Shown piece after piece: positions 26,197 through 35,541 of a DNA stretch of 64,000 nt. Both the position numbers and the translations under genes were made by a program. Numbering within the stretch: position 1 is the first letter of the stretch; every line of letters starts with the position of its first letter. Source of the stretch: Vicinamibacterales bacterium (GTDB lineage Bacteria; Acidobacteriota; Vicinamibacteria; Vicinamibacterales; UBA8438); the NCBI GenBank assembly GCA_036012905.1, contig DASCQF010000009.1:12982-76981 (forward strand), in the 5' to 3' direction. The notes beneath the pieces were generated by a model. It was not told where the DNA came from and searched no databases. It was given only the letters and a program-made list of their open reading frames with translations.

Positions 26197-27622
26197 TAGG
26201 TTAGTTCTTAAGCAGATACGCGCCTGAAACGCTGAGACGAAGGGGGCGTAGCCCCGTAGCGAGGCGTCCCTTTGTCCGATCCCGATTGGGATGCGCGCGT
26301 TGCGCATTGTCGGCAAGATACCGCACAAGATCACGGAAGCGGTGTGTGACACGATGCGCCTGCAACACGGCCTTGAAGAGATCCGTGGCCTTGTACCGAA
26401 AGGCCATGGCGGCATTGCGCGTCGAGATGTCCACGTCTCTCACGACGAGTTCCGTCACGTGGGCGACGAAGCGCTTCAGGAGGGCGGCGGCGAGGGAGGC
26501 CCAGATAAGTCCCTCCGCAATCGACGGATTGGCCGTACGGAAGGCGTGGAGGTTCGCATAGGACGTCCACTCCTTAAAGAGGAGTTCAATCTGCCAGCGG
26601 AGACGGTAGAGGTCGCGAACGGATGCGCACGTGAAGGCCTCGCTCGGCAGGTTGGTGACGAAGGCCAGGTGCTCCTTCCGCCTGCGGTTCCACAGCAGCA
26701 GGAGTCGAAACGGTGGGTCGGTCTTCTTCCAGCGCACGAGTAGGTCACCAGACCTGCCCCTGAGGCGTGCTCGGAGGGTGTCCAGCGTGCGTCCGCCCCA
26801 CGAAGGGCGCTCACGTCCCCCGACCAGCGCACGGACGACGACCGGGTTGATCTTCGTCTGAAAGCGCACGATGAAGGAGCCCCCGGCGTGGTGCACACGC
26901 CGACAGTAGGCGACATCCATGTAGCCCCGGTCGGCCAGCAGCAGCTTGCGACGCAGGTCCCCGGGAGCCGGCAGAAACTGGCGCTCGCCGGCGGCATCCG
27001 GTGTCAGGTGGACTCGGATGGCTTGGTCGTGGAAGAGACTCATTGTGGCATGCAGCTCCACGGCGGCGGGACTGATTTTCGTGAACCGCCCGGGAAAGGT
27101 GTCCCGCAAGGCGTCCACGACCGCGAACGACGTCCCGTCTTGCAGCAAGATAGCGTCGAAGCCGCGCAGCGCATGCCCCGGCACGGGGGCAAGCACGCGG
27201 ACCACCAGGTGCTGCAACAGGTGCTCGAAGAGCTGCCACGTGAACGTCGGAAAGGCCGGCTTCGCCAGTTGGGTGTGAAAGGGTTTGTATTGCACCGATC
27301 GGTCCGCGAGGGCATTGAAGACCCGCAGGATGTCGGCGAGCGTCTTGGTGCTGTAGCATGACAGGCTCGTCAGCAGGGCGATGGCCATCCGGTGAGGGGT
27401 GACCGCTCGCAGCCGGTGCGTGAACCCGGTCGTGCGGCCCAGTCGCGTGATGCCGCCCTCGCCCAACACGCGGGTGAGCCGGCGAGAGAACTTGGTAAAC
27501 TGGCGTCTGTTCATCGGGGGCCTCCGTTGCTTGAGTGGTCGTCGCAACACCAATTCTAGCAACCAGACCCCGGTGAACACTGTAAAGCTCTTAAAACAAA
27601 GCAGCTCTAAAGATCCTACCTA
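26197..27622 (-). mobile_element. IS4-family insertion sequence (about 1.4 kb, single DDE transposase)
   Basis: The imperfect terminal inverted repeats are TAGGTTAGTTCTTAAG (26197-26212) and the reverse complement of 27607-27622, TAGGTAGGATCTTTAG; I count 12/16 matches. The transposase stop lies inside the left repeat. I could not identify a target-site duplication, so the ends are approximate. Confidence 0.65.
26201..27514 (-). CDS. IS4-family DDE transposase
   Basis: It carries LLADRGYMDVAY (DDE_Tnp_1 D-x-G-Y motif), WQIELLFKEWTSYANL and a C-terminal basic region. The start at MNRRQFTKF is preceded by GGAGG. Confidence 0.85.
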   Translation of the reverse strand: MNRRQFTKFSRRLTRVLGEGGITRLGRTTGFTHRLRAVTPHRMAIALLTSLSCYSTKTLADILRVFNALADRSVQYKPFHTQLAKPAFPTFTWQLFEHLLQHLVVRVLAPVPGHALRGFDAILLQDGTSFAVVDALRDTFPGRFTKISPAAVELHATMSLFHDQAIRVHLTPDAAGERQFLPAPGDLRRKLLLADRGYMDVAYCRRVHHAGGSFIVRFQTKINPVVVRALVGGRERPSWGGRTLDTLRARLRGRSGDLLVRWKKTDPPFRLLLLWNRRRKEHLAFVTNLPSEAFTCASVRDLYRLRWQIELLFKEWTSYANLHAFRTANPSIAEGLIWASLAAALLKRFVAHVTELVVRDVDISTRNAAMAFRYKATDLFKAVLQAHRVTHRFRDLVRYLADNAQRAHPNRDRTKGRLATGLRPLRLSVSGAYLLKN

Positions 27623-27646
27623 AGAGTCTAGTATAGTCTAGCGGGC

Positions 27647-28144
27647 ATGAGCACCAGAGGCGGTCGAGCGGGACGGAGGGGTCGAGGCCCGGGGTCGGTG
27701 GCGCGCATCGCAACAGCCGCCGGCGTCATCCTTTGCTGGGCGTGCGTGGCAACGTCGGTCGCAGCGGGCCGGGGGTCGGCGGCACGACAGACCCAGTCGG
27801 TCTGGGACGGCGTGTATACCCAAGCCCAGGCGCAGCGTGGCGAGCCGCTCTACGAGGCAGCGTGCGCCGAGTGCCACGGGTCCGATTTGACCGGGATCGA
27901 GGTGGCTCCGGGACTGGCCGGCGGCGAGTTCGTCTGGAACTGGAATGGACTGACGGTCGGCGACCTGTTCGAGCGGGTGCGGATCTCGATGCCGCAAGCC
28001 GATCCCAACAGCATCAGCCGACAGGAGAAAGCCGACATCCTGGCCTACATGCTTCAGGTCAGCGGCTTTCCGGCTGGGGAAACCGAAATGGCCAGCCGGA
28101 CAAATCAGCTGCGCGGCGTGAGCTTCCTCGCTGTGGAGCCCTGA
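27647..28144 (+). CDS. periplasmic mono-haem c-type cytochrome
   Basis: It has a single CAECH haem-binding motif, a distal Met region and a signal-like N-terminus. An alternative GTG start (VARIATAAGVIL...) at about 27698 would give a cleaner signal peptide. Confidence 0.75.
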   Translation: MSTRGGRAGRRGRGPGSVARIATAAGVILCWACVATSVAAGRGSAARQTQSVWDGVYTQAQAQRGEPLYEAACAECHGSDLTGIEVAPGLAGGEFVWNWNGLTVGDLFERVRISMPQADPNSISRQEKADILAYMLQVSGFPAGETEMASRTNQLRGVSFLAVEP

Positions 28145-28187
28145 CCCTCATCGTCATCAACATCAACTTGAAACTCTCACAGGAAAG

Positions 28188-29576
28188 ATGCGCTGCCCAT
28201 CTCGCGTCTGTAGGCGGGCAGGTCATCGGTCGACCCTCAGGACACTGCTGTCCGGTCTCTTGCTGCTGGCTGTCGCATGCGTGCCCTCGGTCGGGACGCC
28301 CCCGACAGAAGACACCGCGGTGTGGTTCGAGGGCGCCACGCTCATTGACGGCGAGGGCGGCGACCAGATCGAACGCTCCAGCTTCCGCGTCGAGGAGGGC
28401 GTGTTTACCTGGGTGGGCCGGCTGGGAGAACGAGACGTCCCGGAGGGCGCCACGCGGGTGGACCTGACCGGCAAGACGGTGATCCCCGCGCTGATCGACG
28501 CCCATCAGCACATCGGCCTCACGAACGTCAAGGACGGAACGAGCCACCACGACAATTACACGCGGGCGAATCTCATCGAGCAGCTCGAGCGATCCGCCTA
28601 TCACGGGGTGGCCGCCACGATGAGCCTCGGGCTCGAGGTCGACGAGGCGCTGGCGTTCGAGTTGCGTGACCAGACGATTCCGCATGCGGCGCGTTTCCTC
28701 ACCTCGGGACGCGGCATCGCCGCCACATCGATGGCCGGTCCCCAGCAGGACTATCGGCTGGGGATCCCACGGGGAGCTCGCTCCGCCGTCGAAGGACGCG
28801 CGGCCGTCGAGGAGCTTCAGGCAAACGGAGTGGACCTGGTCAAGATCTGGGTCGACGACCGGGGAGGGGCGGTCCCGAAGCTTGGGCCGGAGGTTTACCG
28901 GGCAATCATCGACGAGGCGCATATCCGAGGCATGCGGGTGGTGGCGCACGTGGGCACGACCAGCGCGCTCGAGGACGCCAAGGACCTGCTCCGGGCCGGC
29001 ATCGACGGGTTCGCCCACACCGTGCGGGACCGGGACATCGACGACGAATATATGACGCTGGTCAGGCTGTACCCCGACGTCTGGACGCTGCCCAACCTGC
29101 CCGGCTCGCCGGTGACGGCGACCGACCTGGCCTGGCTGAGCGAGACGCTGCCACCGTTCGAGATCGACACCCTCAGCCGACAGGCCGAACGCTTCGACGC
29201 CGAGGGGCCAGGCGATCTGTTCGAGCTGCAGTGCCGGAATCTCGCGCGGAACCACGAGGCGGGGATGGTCGTCGGCATGGGAACCGACTCGGGCACCAGC
29301 GTCGCCTGGACCACGCACACCGAGCTGCGCGACATGGTGTCGTGCGGTCTCAGTCCGATGGAGGCGATTGAGTCGGCGACGCGGATCAACGCGCAGATTC
29401 TCGGGCTCGACGACCTCGGCGCGGTGGCCGTCGGAAAGAACGCCTCGTTCGTGGTGCTGGACGCGAACCCCCTCGCCGATATCGCCAACACCCGACAGAT
29501 CTCCCGGGTCTATCTGCGGGGCGCGGAAGTAGACCGTGACGCGCTCAGGGCGAGGTTCCTCGACGAGGCGCGGTAG
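28188..29576 (+). CDS. amidohydrolase-superfamily metal-dependent hydrolase (lipoprotein-type signal)
   Basis: The HxH metal motif is ALIDAHQHIGL, with AHVGT further in and a C-terminal GTDSG...DANPL. The N-terminus LLLLAVAC resembles a lipobox. Confidence 0.85.
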   Translation: MRCPSRVCRRAGHRSTLRTLLSGLLLLAVACVPSVGTPPTEDTAVWFEGATLIDGEGGDQIERSSFRVEEGVFTWVGRLGERDVPEGATRVDLTGKTVIPALIDAHQHIGLTNVKDGTSHHDNYTRANLIEQLERSAYHGVAATMSLGLEVDEALAFELRDQTIPHAARFLTSGRGIAATSMAGPQQDYRLGIPRGARSAVEGRAAVEELQANGVDLVKIWVDDRGGAVPKLGPEVYRAIIDEAHIRGMRVVAHVGTTSALEDAKDLLRAGIDGFAHTVRDRDIDDEYMTLVRLYPDVWTLPNLPGSPVTATDLAWLSETLPPFEIDTLSRQAERFDAEGPGDLFELQCRNLARNHEAGMVVGMGTDSGTSVAWTTHTELRDMVSCGLSPMEAIESATRINAQILGLDDLGAVAVGKNASFVVLDANPLADIANTRQISRVYLRGAEVDRDALRARFLDEAR

Positions 29577-29714
29577 CGCACCGCGGCCCCTGCAACGGCG
29601 AACCGGCCTGTGCGCTCAGGGTGACGCCAGGGCGATCGCCCTCGATTCACCCCTCGCTGACGCGATAGGATGCAATCGGTCAGCTGTCCGTGCTCATCGT
29701 GAAAGGAGCCTGTC

Positions 29715-30542
29715 ATGCGCATCGCCACGATTGTCGTCGCCGGCGTCCTCCTCGTTGCAGCCGCGTCGACGTCCGCCCAGGGGCCGACGCACGCCTTCAT
29801 GACCGCCTCCGACGGCGTGCGGATCCATTATGCGGAGCTCGGCAGCGGCACCCCGGTCATCCTCATTCATGGCTACACGGCGAACGCCGAGGGCAAGTGG
29901 TTCAAACCGGGCATCGCCCAGGCGCTGGCCAAGCGTCACCGCGTCGTCGCCATCGACGCGCGAGGGCACGGCCAGAGCGAAAAGCCGCATGACCCGATGA
30001 AATACGGGCCGCAGATGGCCGACGACGTCATCGAGCTGATGGACCACCTGGACATCGAGCGGGCTCATATCCACGGCTACTCGATGGGCGGCAGCATTCT
30101 CACCCAGGTGCTCGCCCGGCATCCGGACCGGGTCATCACCGCCATCTACGGAGGCTCCGGCGTGCGTGAGGTCGATCCGGCCTGGCAGGCGCGCGTGCCC
30201 GACGACCCGGAGACGCCCGACGACCTGCCGCGTGCGCCCCGCAGCGAGAACTGGTCGGGGTATCCCGGGTTCGACCGCACCGCGCTCGACGCCGTCAGGA
30301 ACTACCCGTGGGAGCCGGACCAGCGCGCAATCGATTTGACAACGGTCGACATTCCGGTGCTGGCGATCGTCGGGGGCTACGACCGCCCGAACGACCGGAC
30401 GCATCGCCTGTCGCGCGAGCTGTCCGACTTCGAGCTCGTCGTGCTGCCGGGTGAGACCCACGGCTCGGCACACTTCAACCCGCGGTACACCGAGGCGCTC
30501 GTCGAGTTCGTGCGGACGCACGACACCGGTGCGACCGAGTAG
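29715..30542 (+). CDS. secreted alpha/beta-fold hydrolase
   Basis: It has a signal peptide, the oxyanion region VILIHGY and the nucleophile elbow HGYSMGG. Confidence 0.85.
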   Translation: MRIATIVVAGVLLVAAASTSAQGPTHAFMTASDGVRIHYAELGSGTPVILIHGYTANAEGKWFKPGIAQALAKRHRVVAIDARGHGQSEKPHDPMKYGPQMADDVIELMDHLDIERAHIHGYSMGGSILTQVLARHPDRVITAIYGGSGVREVDPAWQARVPDDPETPDDLPRAPRSENWSGYPGFDRTALDAVRNYPWEPDQRAIDLTTVDIPVLAIVGGYDRPNDRTHRLSRELSDFELVVLPGETHGSAHFNPRYTEALVEFVRTHDTGATE

Positions 30543-30558
30543 GCATGGGAGCGAGCGG

Positions 30559-32094
30559 ATGACGTCTCGCCTCGCGGTCGCAGGCACCGTCCTCTGTGCG
30601 GCCCTGGCCACGAGCTGCGCCCCGAAGGAGGAAGCGGGCGCTCCCCGCGACATTCCCGGTGCCGGGGAGCTCACTGCCGCGCCGACGCCGCCGACCTTCC
30701 TCGACGACGCCACATATCCGCGCTGGCGGGTCGCCGCCGAAGACGAGCCATACACCGCCATCAACGGGGTCCGTCTGAAGGGCTTCGTCGCCGACCAGGT
30801 CGCGATCGCCCACCGGAGCCGCGAGCGCGGCGAACAATGGTGGGGCCGGATCATCGGGTCGGACGCCGACGCCGAATCCGCGGCGTGGATGGCCGAGAAG
30901 CTGCGCGAGGCCGGGGTCCCTGACGTGCGGATCCAGGAGCTCGACCTCCCACCGCAGTGGCGGCCCGTGTCATGGCAGGTCTCGGTCTCGCTCGGCCCAG
31001 AGACCGTCACGCTCGAATCGGCCATGCCGTTCACGCGCACCGCACCCACACCCAACGACGGCCTGGACCTCGAGCTGGTGTATGTCGGTCTCGGGACGCC
31101 GGCCGATTATCTCGGGCGGGACGTGCGAGGCAAGGCGGTGCTCATCCACAGCGTGGCGCGCCAGAACGCGTGGCAGCACGGCGCGCAGCGGAACGGCTCG
31201 GTCGAGCGGGCCGTCGACGGCGGCGCGGCTGCGGTGCTCGTCGCCATCGGCATGCCCGGCAACCGGAAGACGCAGACCAGTGTCCGCGGCGCGCTCCCCG
31301 ACGACATGACCGGGTTCGCGCTGGGCGAGGAAGACGGGGGGCGCATCCGGGCCACCATCGAGCGTGCCGCGCTCTCGGGCGGGGTGGCACGCGCCAGCCT
31401 CCGGCTCGACACGACGATGGTCGACGGGCTGACGACCGCCAATGTCTGGGGCGTCATCCCCGGGACAACCGACGAGGACGTCGTGGTCATTGCCCACCGC
31501 GACGGTTACTTCGAGGCGGCCAACGACAACGCCACCGGTGTCGCCAGCGCGATCGGCGTGGCCGAATACTTTATGCGCGTACCGGCCGCTGAACGACGGC
31601 GAACGATCAAGATCATCGGCACCCCAGGCCACCACAACGGCGGCGCCGCCGGCATCGAATGGCTCGCCGAACACCGTGACACCGAACTAGCGAACACCGC
31701 GCTTCTGATCAACTTCGAGCACACCGCGGCGGCACACGTGAACCTCTACGGCCCACGGCACCGGGCGACGAACATGCCGGTCACCTTCCACTGGTTCGTC
31801 GGCGTCGGTTCCGAGCTCGAGCCGCGGGTGTTCGAAGCGTGGGATGCCTTCGGCGTACCGCGGTACACCGACCGGGACGCGCGGCCGGCCGGCGAGATCG
31901 GCCGCATCTTCCGCTTCGCGCCGTCACTGCAGCTTATCGAGGGCGGGATGTACTACCACACCGATCAGGATTCGCTCGAAACGATCCCCCCGTCTGGGCT
32001 GGAAAACACGACCCGCTCGTATGCGAAGATCATCGACCAGGTGAACAGCTTCGACCGTAGCCAGCTCCGGTCGCCGGAGCAGGCCGACCCCTGA
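30559..32094 (+). CDS. M28-family metallopeptidase with PA domain (lipoprotein)
   Basis: The start at MTSRLAVAGTVLCAALATSC gives a lipobox. M28 motifs are VVIAHRDGYFEAANDNATGVA and GTPGHHNGG. The ORF track starts at 30451, but that would overlap the upstream gene. Confidence 0.8.
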   Translation: MTSRLAVAGTVLCAALATSCAPKEEAGAPRDIPGAGELTAAPTPPTFLDDATYPRWRVAAEDEPYTAINGVRLKGFVADQVAIAHRSRERGEQWWGRIIGSDADAESAAWMAEKLREAGVPDVRIQELDLPPQWRPVSWQVSVSLGPETVTLESAMPFTRTAPTPNDGLDLELVYVGLGTPADYLGRDVRGKAVLIHSVARQNAWQHGAQRNGSVERAVDGGAAAVLVAIGMPGNRKTQTSVRGALPDDMTGFALGEEDGGRIRATIERAALSGGVARASLRLDTTMVDGLTTANVWGVIPGTTDEDVVVIAHRDGYFEAANDNATGVASAIGVAEYFMRVPAAERRRTIKIIGTPGHHNGGAAGIEWLAEHRDTELANTALLINFEHTAAAHVNLYGPRHRATNMPVTFHWFVGVGSELEPRVFEAWDAFGVPRYTDRDARPAGEIGRIFRFAPSLQLIEGGMYYHTDQDSLETIPPSGLENTTRSYAKIIDQVNSFDRSQLRSPEQADP

Positions 32095-32124
32095 GCGACC
32101 CGGCCGGTCCCGGTCTCCGAGCCG

Positions 32125-34428
32125 TCAGCGCGGCTCGCCCAAGCGCACCGGCATCGTCATCGCCCCGTTGCCCGCCGAGTCCCAGGCGGCGAAGCGGACC
32201 CAGGCCTGTCCGGTCGCGTCGAACGGAACCGTGAAGGTCTCGTGGCCGAACGCCGGATGGTCCGTGGCCGAGAGGCGGTGGGTCGTCGTGCGCTCACCGT
32301 CACCGAAGACCACCTCGACGAACTCGAGTGGGAAGGTCCACTCGACCTCGGCGACCACCCGCATCCCGGCGTCACTTCCCTCGTAGCGGTGCGACGGGAT
32401 GAGCACCTCGCCCGAGGTGACGAAGTAGTCGCCGCGCTCGAGCACGTCGATGATCGGCGCATAGGCGCCCGGCGGGGGGAGCTCGTCAAGACGCAGGTAG
32501 CTCACCGGCCCGTTCGCGTAGACGTCGTCACCCGGAGCCTTGAAATAGGTCTCGGTGATGGCCAGCAGATACTTGGGGCGTTGCGACGTCCCCGCGACCC
32601 AGTTGTTCATGTCGTCGAGCAGCGGGATCACTCGCTTCCCGGACAACCGGATCTCCGACAGGTCGGACCCCATCCCCCACCGCCACCCCACGCCCCGATA
32701 CCGGTCGTCGAGAAACTGGGTCGTCTCCCGGATTGCATCCGGGTAGCCGGTCGAGCCCTTCGTGCGCGGATGCGGCATATAGACCAGCATGTCCTCCGCC
32801 GCGATCATCGCCATCATGTCGGCGACGCTACCGATGTTGTACATGCGGCCGTACTCGGGGTGCTCGGTCACGAGCGGGTTCCCCGCCGGGCGCGCGTCGA
32901 CGTAGTAGACCGGATGCGAGAACAGCAGGTCCCAGTGACCGCCGAGGAGATTGCTGTTCTCCATCTCGGGCAAGACCATGAAGGTCTCGTCGGAATGCCG
33001 CTCGGCGCCCTCAAAGAGCCAGCGCTGCTCCTCGAGCTGCGTGGCGTCCCGGGGCCGGTCGACCGGCCCGGCGATGTTGATTCCGGCGGCCCGGATGACC
33101 TCGAAGTCCGATAGGCGCGAATCGATGCTCCCGGTCGCCATCAACGACCGACCGAGGTTGGTGTGATAGTGGCTGCCCATCACTTGGTGGCCGGGCAGCG
33201 GGCGGTACACGTCGCCATTCGTGAAGGCGAGCGCCGCCTCGAACGCCCCGGAGTGGTCGCCCAGCGTCGGGTAGAAGTAGGCCGCCATGTGCTGCTCGGT
33301 ACCCGGCGGCGCGCTGTAGAGCGACCAGTTGGCGAGATACCGCTCGACCGCCTCCTGTTCGCCCTGGCGAACACCGATGCTGAACGACGCGTCGTCGTCC
33401 TTGCGATACCAGTTGTAGCCGACGTTGATCTCGACCTCCCGAGCCCAGAAGAACGTGTGCGGCGGCGGGAAGGCTGCAATGGCGGCGCCGTTTGTTTCCG
33501 CCACGACGAGGCGGTTCGCCGCCCGCAGGGTCACGGCGTCGGTGTTGGCCGGCCCCTTCAGCGAGTACGACTGCAGCTGGGTCGCGACATCGCGCCAGTA
33601 CACCGAGCTGTCGGGGCCGATATCGAGACCGGTGAGCCCCACGTCGTACTTGTAGGCGACCGAGGGCCGCTCGGTCGATGCGACCGCCTCGACGCGAATC
33701 AGGTTCGTGCCCTCGTGGACGCTCAGCACGAGCGCGCCCGAGAACGACCCGAGCGTCAAACCGGAAAAGGAGACGCTGAGCCGACGGCCCTCGGAACGGA
33801 CCGTACACGCGCTTGCGCGATAGCCCGCCGCGCCCCGCCGAATCTCGTCTGGCGAACGGGGCAGACCCGGCTGACCGGCGACACCTTCGGCTGGCGGGGG
33901 ATTCCCACCACCGACCTCCGCGCGCAGGTCGAGCGGCGCGTCCCAGAACACGTCCCACTTGTAGCGGTCCACGACCTCCTGGGTCAGCTCCACGTCCAAC
34001 CCACGAAGCGGCGCGAGCTGCTGATTGCTGATCCGTCGGAACCCCTCGACGATCTGGAAATCTATACTGAGATCCGTTGCGACCGGTGTCCACCTCGCCG
34101 AAGAGCCCGACCGCAGCGCCAGCTCGTCAATGACCGGCACACCCTGCCTGATCGCGAACCGCAGACGGACCCGCTCGCTCCCCGCGCCGGCCCATTCAAC
34201 GACCAGCTCGTCCCCCGAGACGCGTGCCACAGCACCGGACCTCCCCGTATACGCGCGCAGGTCGCATATCGACGTCGCAGGATTCGGCTGCGCACCGGCC
34301 TTCGAGGCCGCCGGCCCGAGCAGCATCACCGCCAGGCATGAAACTGACACCGGAAGCCGAAGCCACCAGCTGAGCACGAACGACTGGTTGACGCGCAGTG
34401 TCATGGGTGCCGACATCTTATCTCCCAC
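32125..34428 (-). CDS. large secreted protein of unknown function, His-motif family (paralog of 46675-48741)
   Basis: It has a signal peptide. It shares blocks with the paralog: HYH/HWH, GGHW and HPRTKGSTG(Y/F)PD. The C-terminal region is beta-rich. Confidence 0.7.
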   Translation of the reverse strand: MGDKMSAPMTLRVNQSFVLSWWLRLPVSVSCLAVMLLGPAASKAGAQPNPATSICDLRAYTGRSGAVARVSGDELVVEWAGAGSERVRLRFAIRQGVPVIDELALRSGSSARWTPVATDLSIDFQIVEGFRRISNQQLAPLRGLDVELTQEVVDRYKWDVFWDAPLDLRAEVGGGNPPPAEGVAGQPGLPRSPDEIRRGAAGYRASACTVRSEGRRLSVSFSGLTLGSFSGALVLSVHEGTNLIRVEAVASTERPSVAYKYDVGLTGLDIGPDSSVYWRDVATQLQSYSLKGPANTDAVTLRAANRLVVAETNGAAIAAFPPPHTFFWAREVEINVGYNWYRKDDDASFSIGVRQGEQEAVERYLANWSLYSAPPGTEQHMAAYFYPTLGDHSGAFEAALAFTNGDVYRPLPGHQVMGSHYHTNLGRSLMATGSIDSRLSDFEVIRAAGINIAGPVDRPRDATQLEEQRWLFEGAERHSDETFMVLPEMENSNLLGGHWDLLFSHPVYYVDARPAGNPLVTEHPEYGRMYNIGSVADMMAMIAAEDMLVYMPHPRTKGSTGYPDAIRETTQFLDDRYRGVGWRWGMGSDLSEIRLSGKRVIPLLDDMNNWVAGTSQRPKYLLAITETYFKAPGDDVYANGPVSYLRLDELPPPGAYAPIIDVLERGDYFVTSGEVLIPSHRYEGSDAGMRVVAEVEWTFPLEFVEVVFGDGERTTTHRLSATDHPAFGHETFTVPFDATGQAWVRFAAWDSAGNGAMTMPVRLGEPR

Positions 34429-34594
34429 AGACGACAGCGTGTGATGCGGGGCTCACGATCCTCAGAACGCCGTGCCATCACGGCTGCACGGAGCGCGCCG
34501 CGGCGGTCAACCGACGGGACGTCCCGGTCACGTCACCAGTCACGGGCGGGACTGCCATACAATGCGGGCGACAGAGCTTTGGAGGGAACGGAAC

Positions 34595-35530
34595 ATGACA
34601 TCGAGCACGATCCGGACGTCCGTCATGATGGCGGCCATCGTCGTCCTCGCCGGCGCCGCGCTGCTCGGCCAGCAGGCGCCCGTCAACACCGTCGTGCCGC
34701 TGCTCGACGACGACAAACCGATCTTCGGACAATTCGTCAACTACATCGGCGTGGGGAGCGACCGGGAATCGGCGGTCGCCCAGGCCGGGAACGAGGATTT
34801 CGACTTCGTCGTCTACGACCTCGAGCACGTGCCGTTCGACGTGCCCCGATTGACCGCCTACCTGCAGTGGCTTCTGGACCGCCGCGCCATCGCGGAATCC
34901 GGGCTCACAGCAACGAAGACGGTGTTCGTGCGCATGCCGTTCAATGCGCGTGAGGGCAACGAATGGCTCATCAAGAACGTCCTCGACCAGGGGGTGCATG
35001 GGCTCGTGTTTCCCCACACGGAGACTGTCGACCAGGCGCTGCACGCCGTGCGGGCGATGCGCTATCCCCAGGCGCCGGACAGCCCCGACTTCGAGCCCGA
35101 GGGCATCCGGGGCACGAGCCCGGCGATCGCGGCCCGCTACTGGGGCCTGTCGTCGTTCGAGTACCGTGCACGCGCCGACATCTGGCGGCTCGACCCGGCC
35201 GGCAGCCTGCTGCCGATTTTCATCATCGAGAACAGGATTGGGGTCCAGAACGTCCGTGACATCGCCCGGGCGCTGAGCGAGCGCAACATCGGCGCAATCC
35301 TGTGGGCCGGGTCCGGCGACCTGAGCGCGTCCTACATCGGTGATCGGGCCGCGGTCGCCACTGCCATCGACACGGTCATCGCGGCGGGACGGGAGTTCGG
35401 GCTGCCGGTCGCCATAAACGGCCACGCCGACCTGGAGAACCGGGTCGAACAGGGCGTGCGGATGTTCGTAAGCATCGGGTCCGGCTCAGAGGCCCCAACC
35501 GAAGAACTGCGACGAGCCGTCGGCCGATGA
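34595..35530 (+). CDS. HpcH/HpaI-family aldolase (class II, divalent-metal dependent) with predicted signal peptide
   Basis: Family pattern: DFVVYDLEHVPFD, VRMPFN...IKNVLDQGVHGLVFPHTETVDQALHAVRAMRYPQ...GIRG. The start at 34595 is preceded by GGAGGG. The N-terminus MTSSTIRTSVMMAAIVVLAGAALLG looks like a signal peptide. Confidence 0.75.
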   Translation: MTSSTIRTSVMMAAIVVLAGAALLGQQAPVNTVVPLLDDDKPIFGQFVNYIGVGSDRESAVAQAGNEDFDFVVYDLEHVPFDVPRLTAYLQWLLDRRAIAESGLTATKTVFVRMPFNAREGNEWLIKNVLDQGVHGLVFPHTETVDQALHAVRAMRYPQAPDSPDFEPEGIRGTSPAIAARYWGLSSFEYRARADIWRLDPAGSLLPIFIIENRIGVQNVRDIARALSERNIGAILWAGSGDLSASYIGDRAAVATAIDTVIAAGREFGLPVAINGHADLENRVEQGVRMFVSIGSGSEAPTEELRRAVGR

Positions 35531-35541
35531 GACCGGTCGCG

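Noticed and set aside
27624-27646. A direct 7-nt repeat, AGTCTAG-TAT-AGTCTAG, lies just outside the right IS end and could be a target-site duplication.
   Set aside because: Both copies are on the same side of the element. No matching sequence is present at the left junction (…GCTCGGATCA).
28059-31055. Long antisense ORFs overlap the amidohydrolase, alpha/beta-hydrolase and M28 genes (28059-29318, 419 aa; 29694-31055, 453 aa).
   Set aside because: Their composition is Arg/Gly/Pro/Asp-rich and low in complexity, with no recognisable motifs. They lie exactly opposite strongly motif-supported genes. This is the usual high-GC shadow-ORF artefact.
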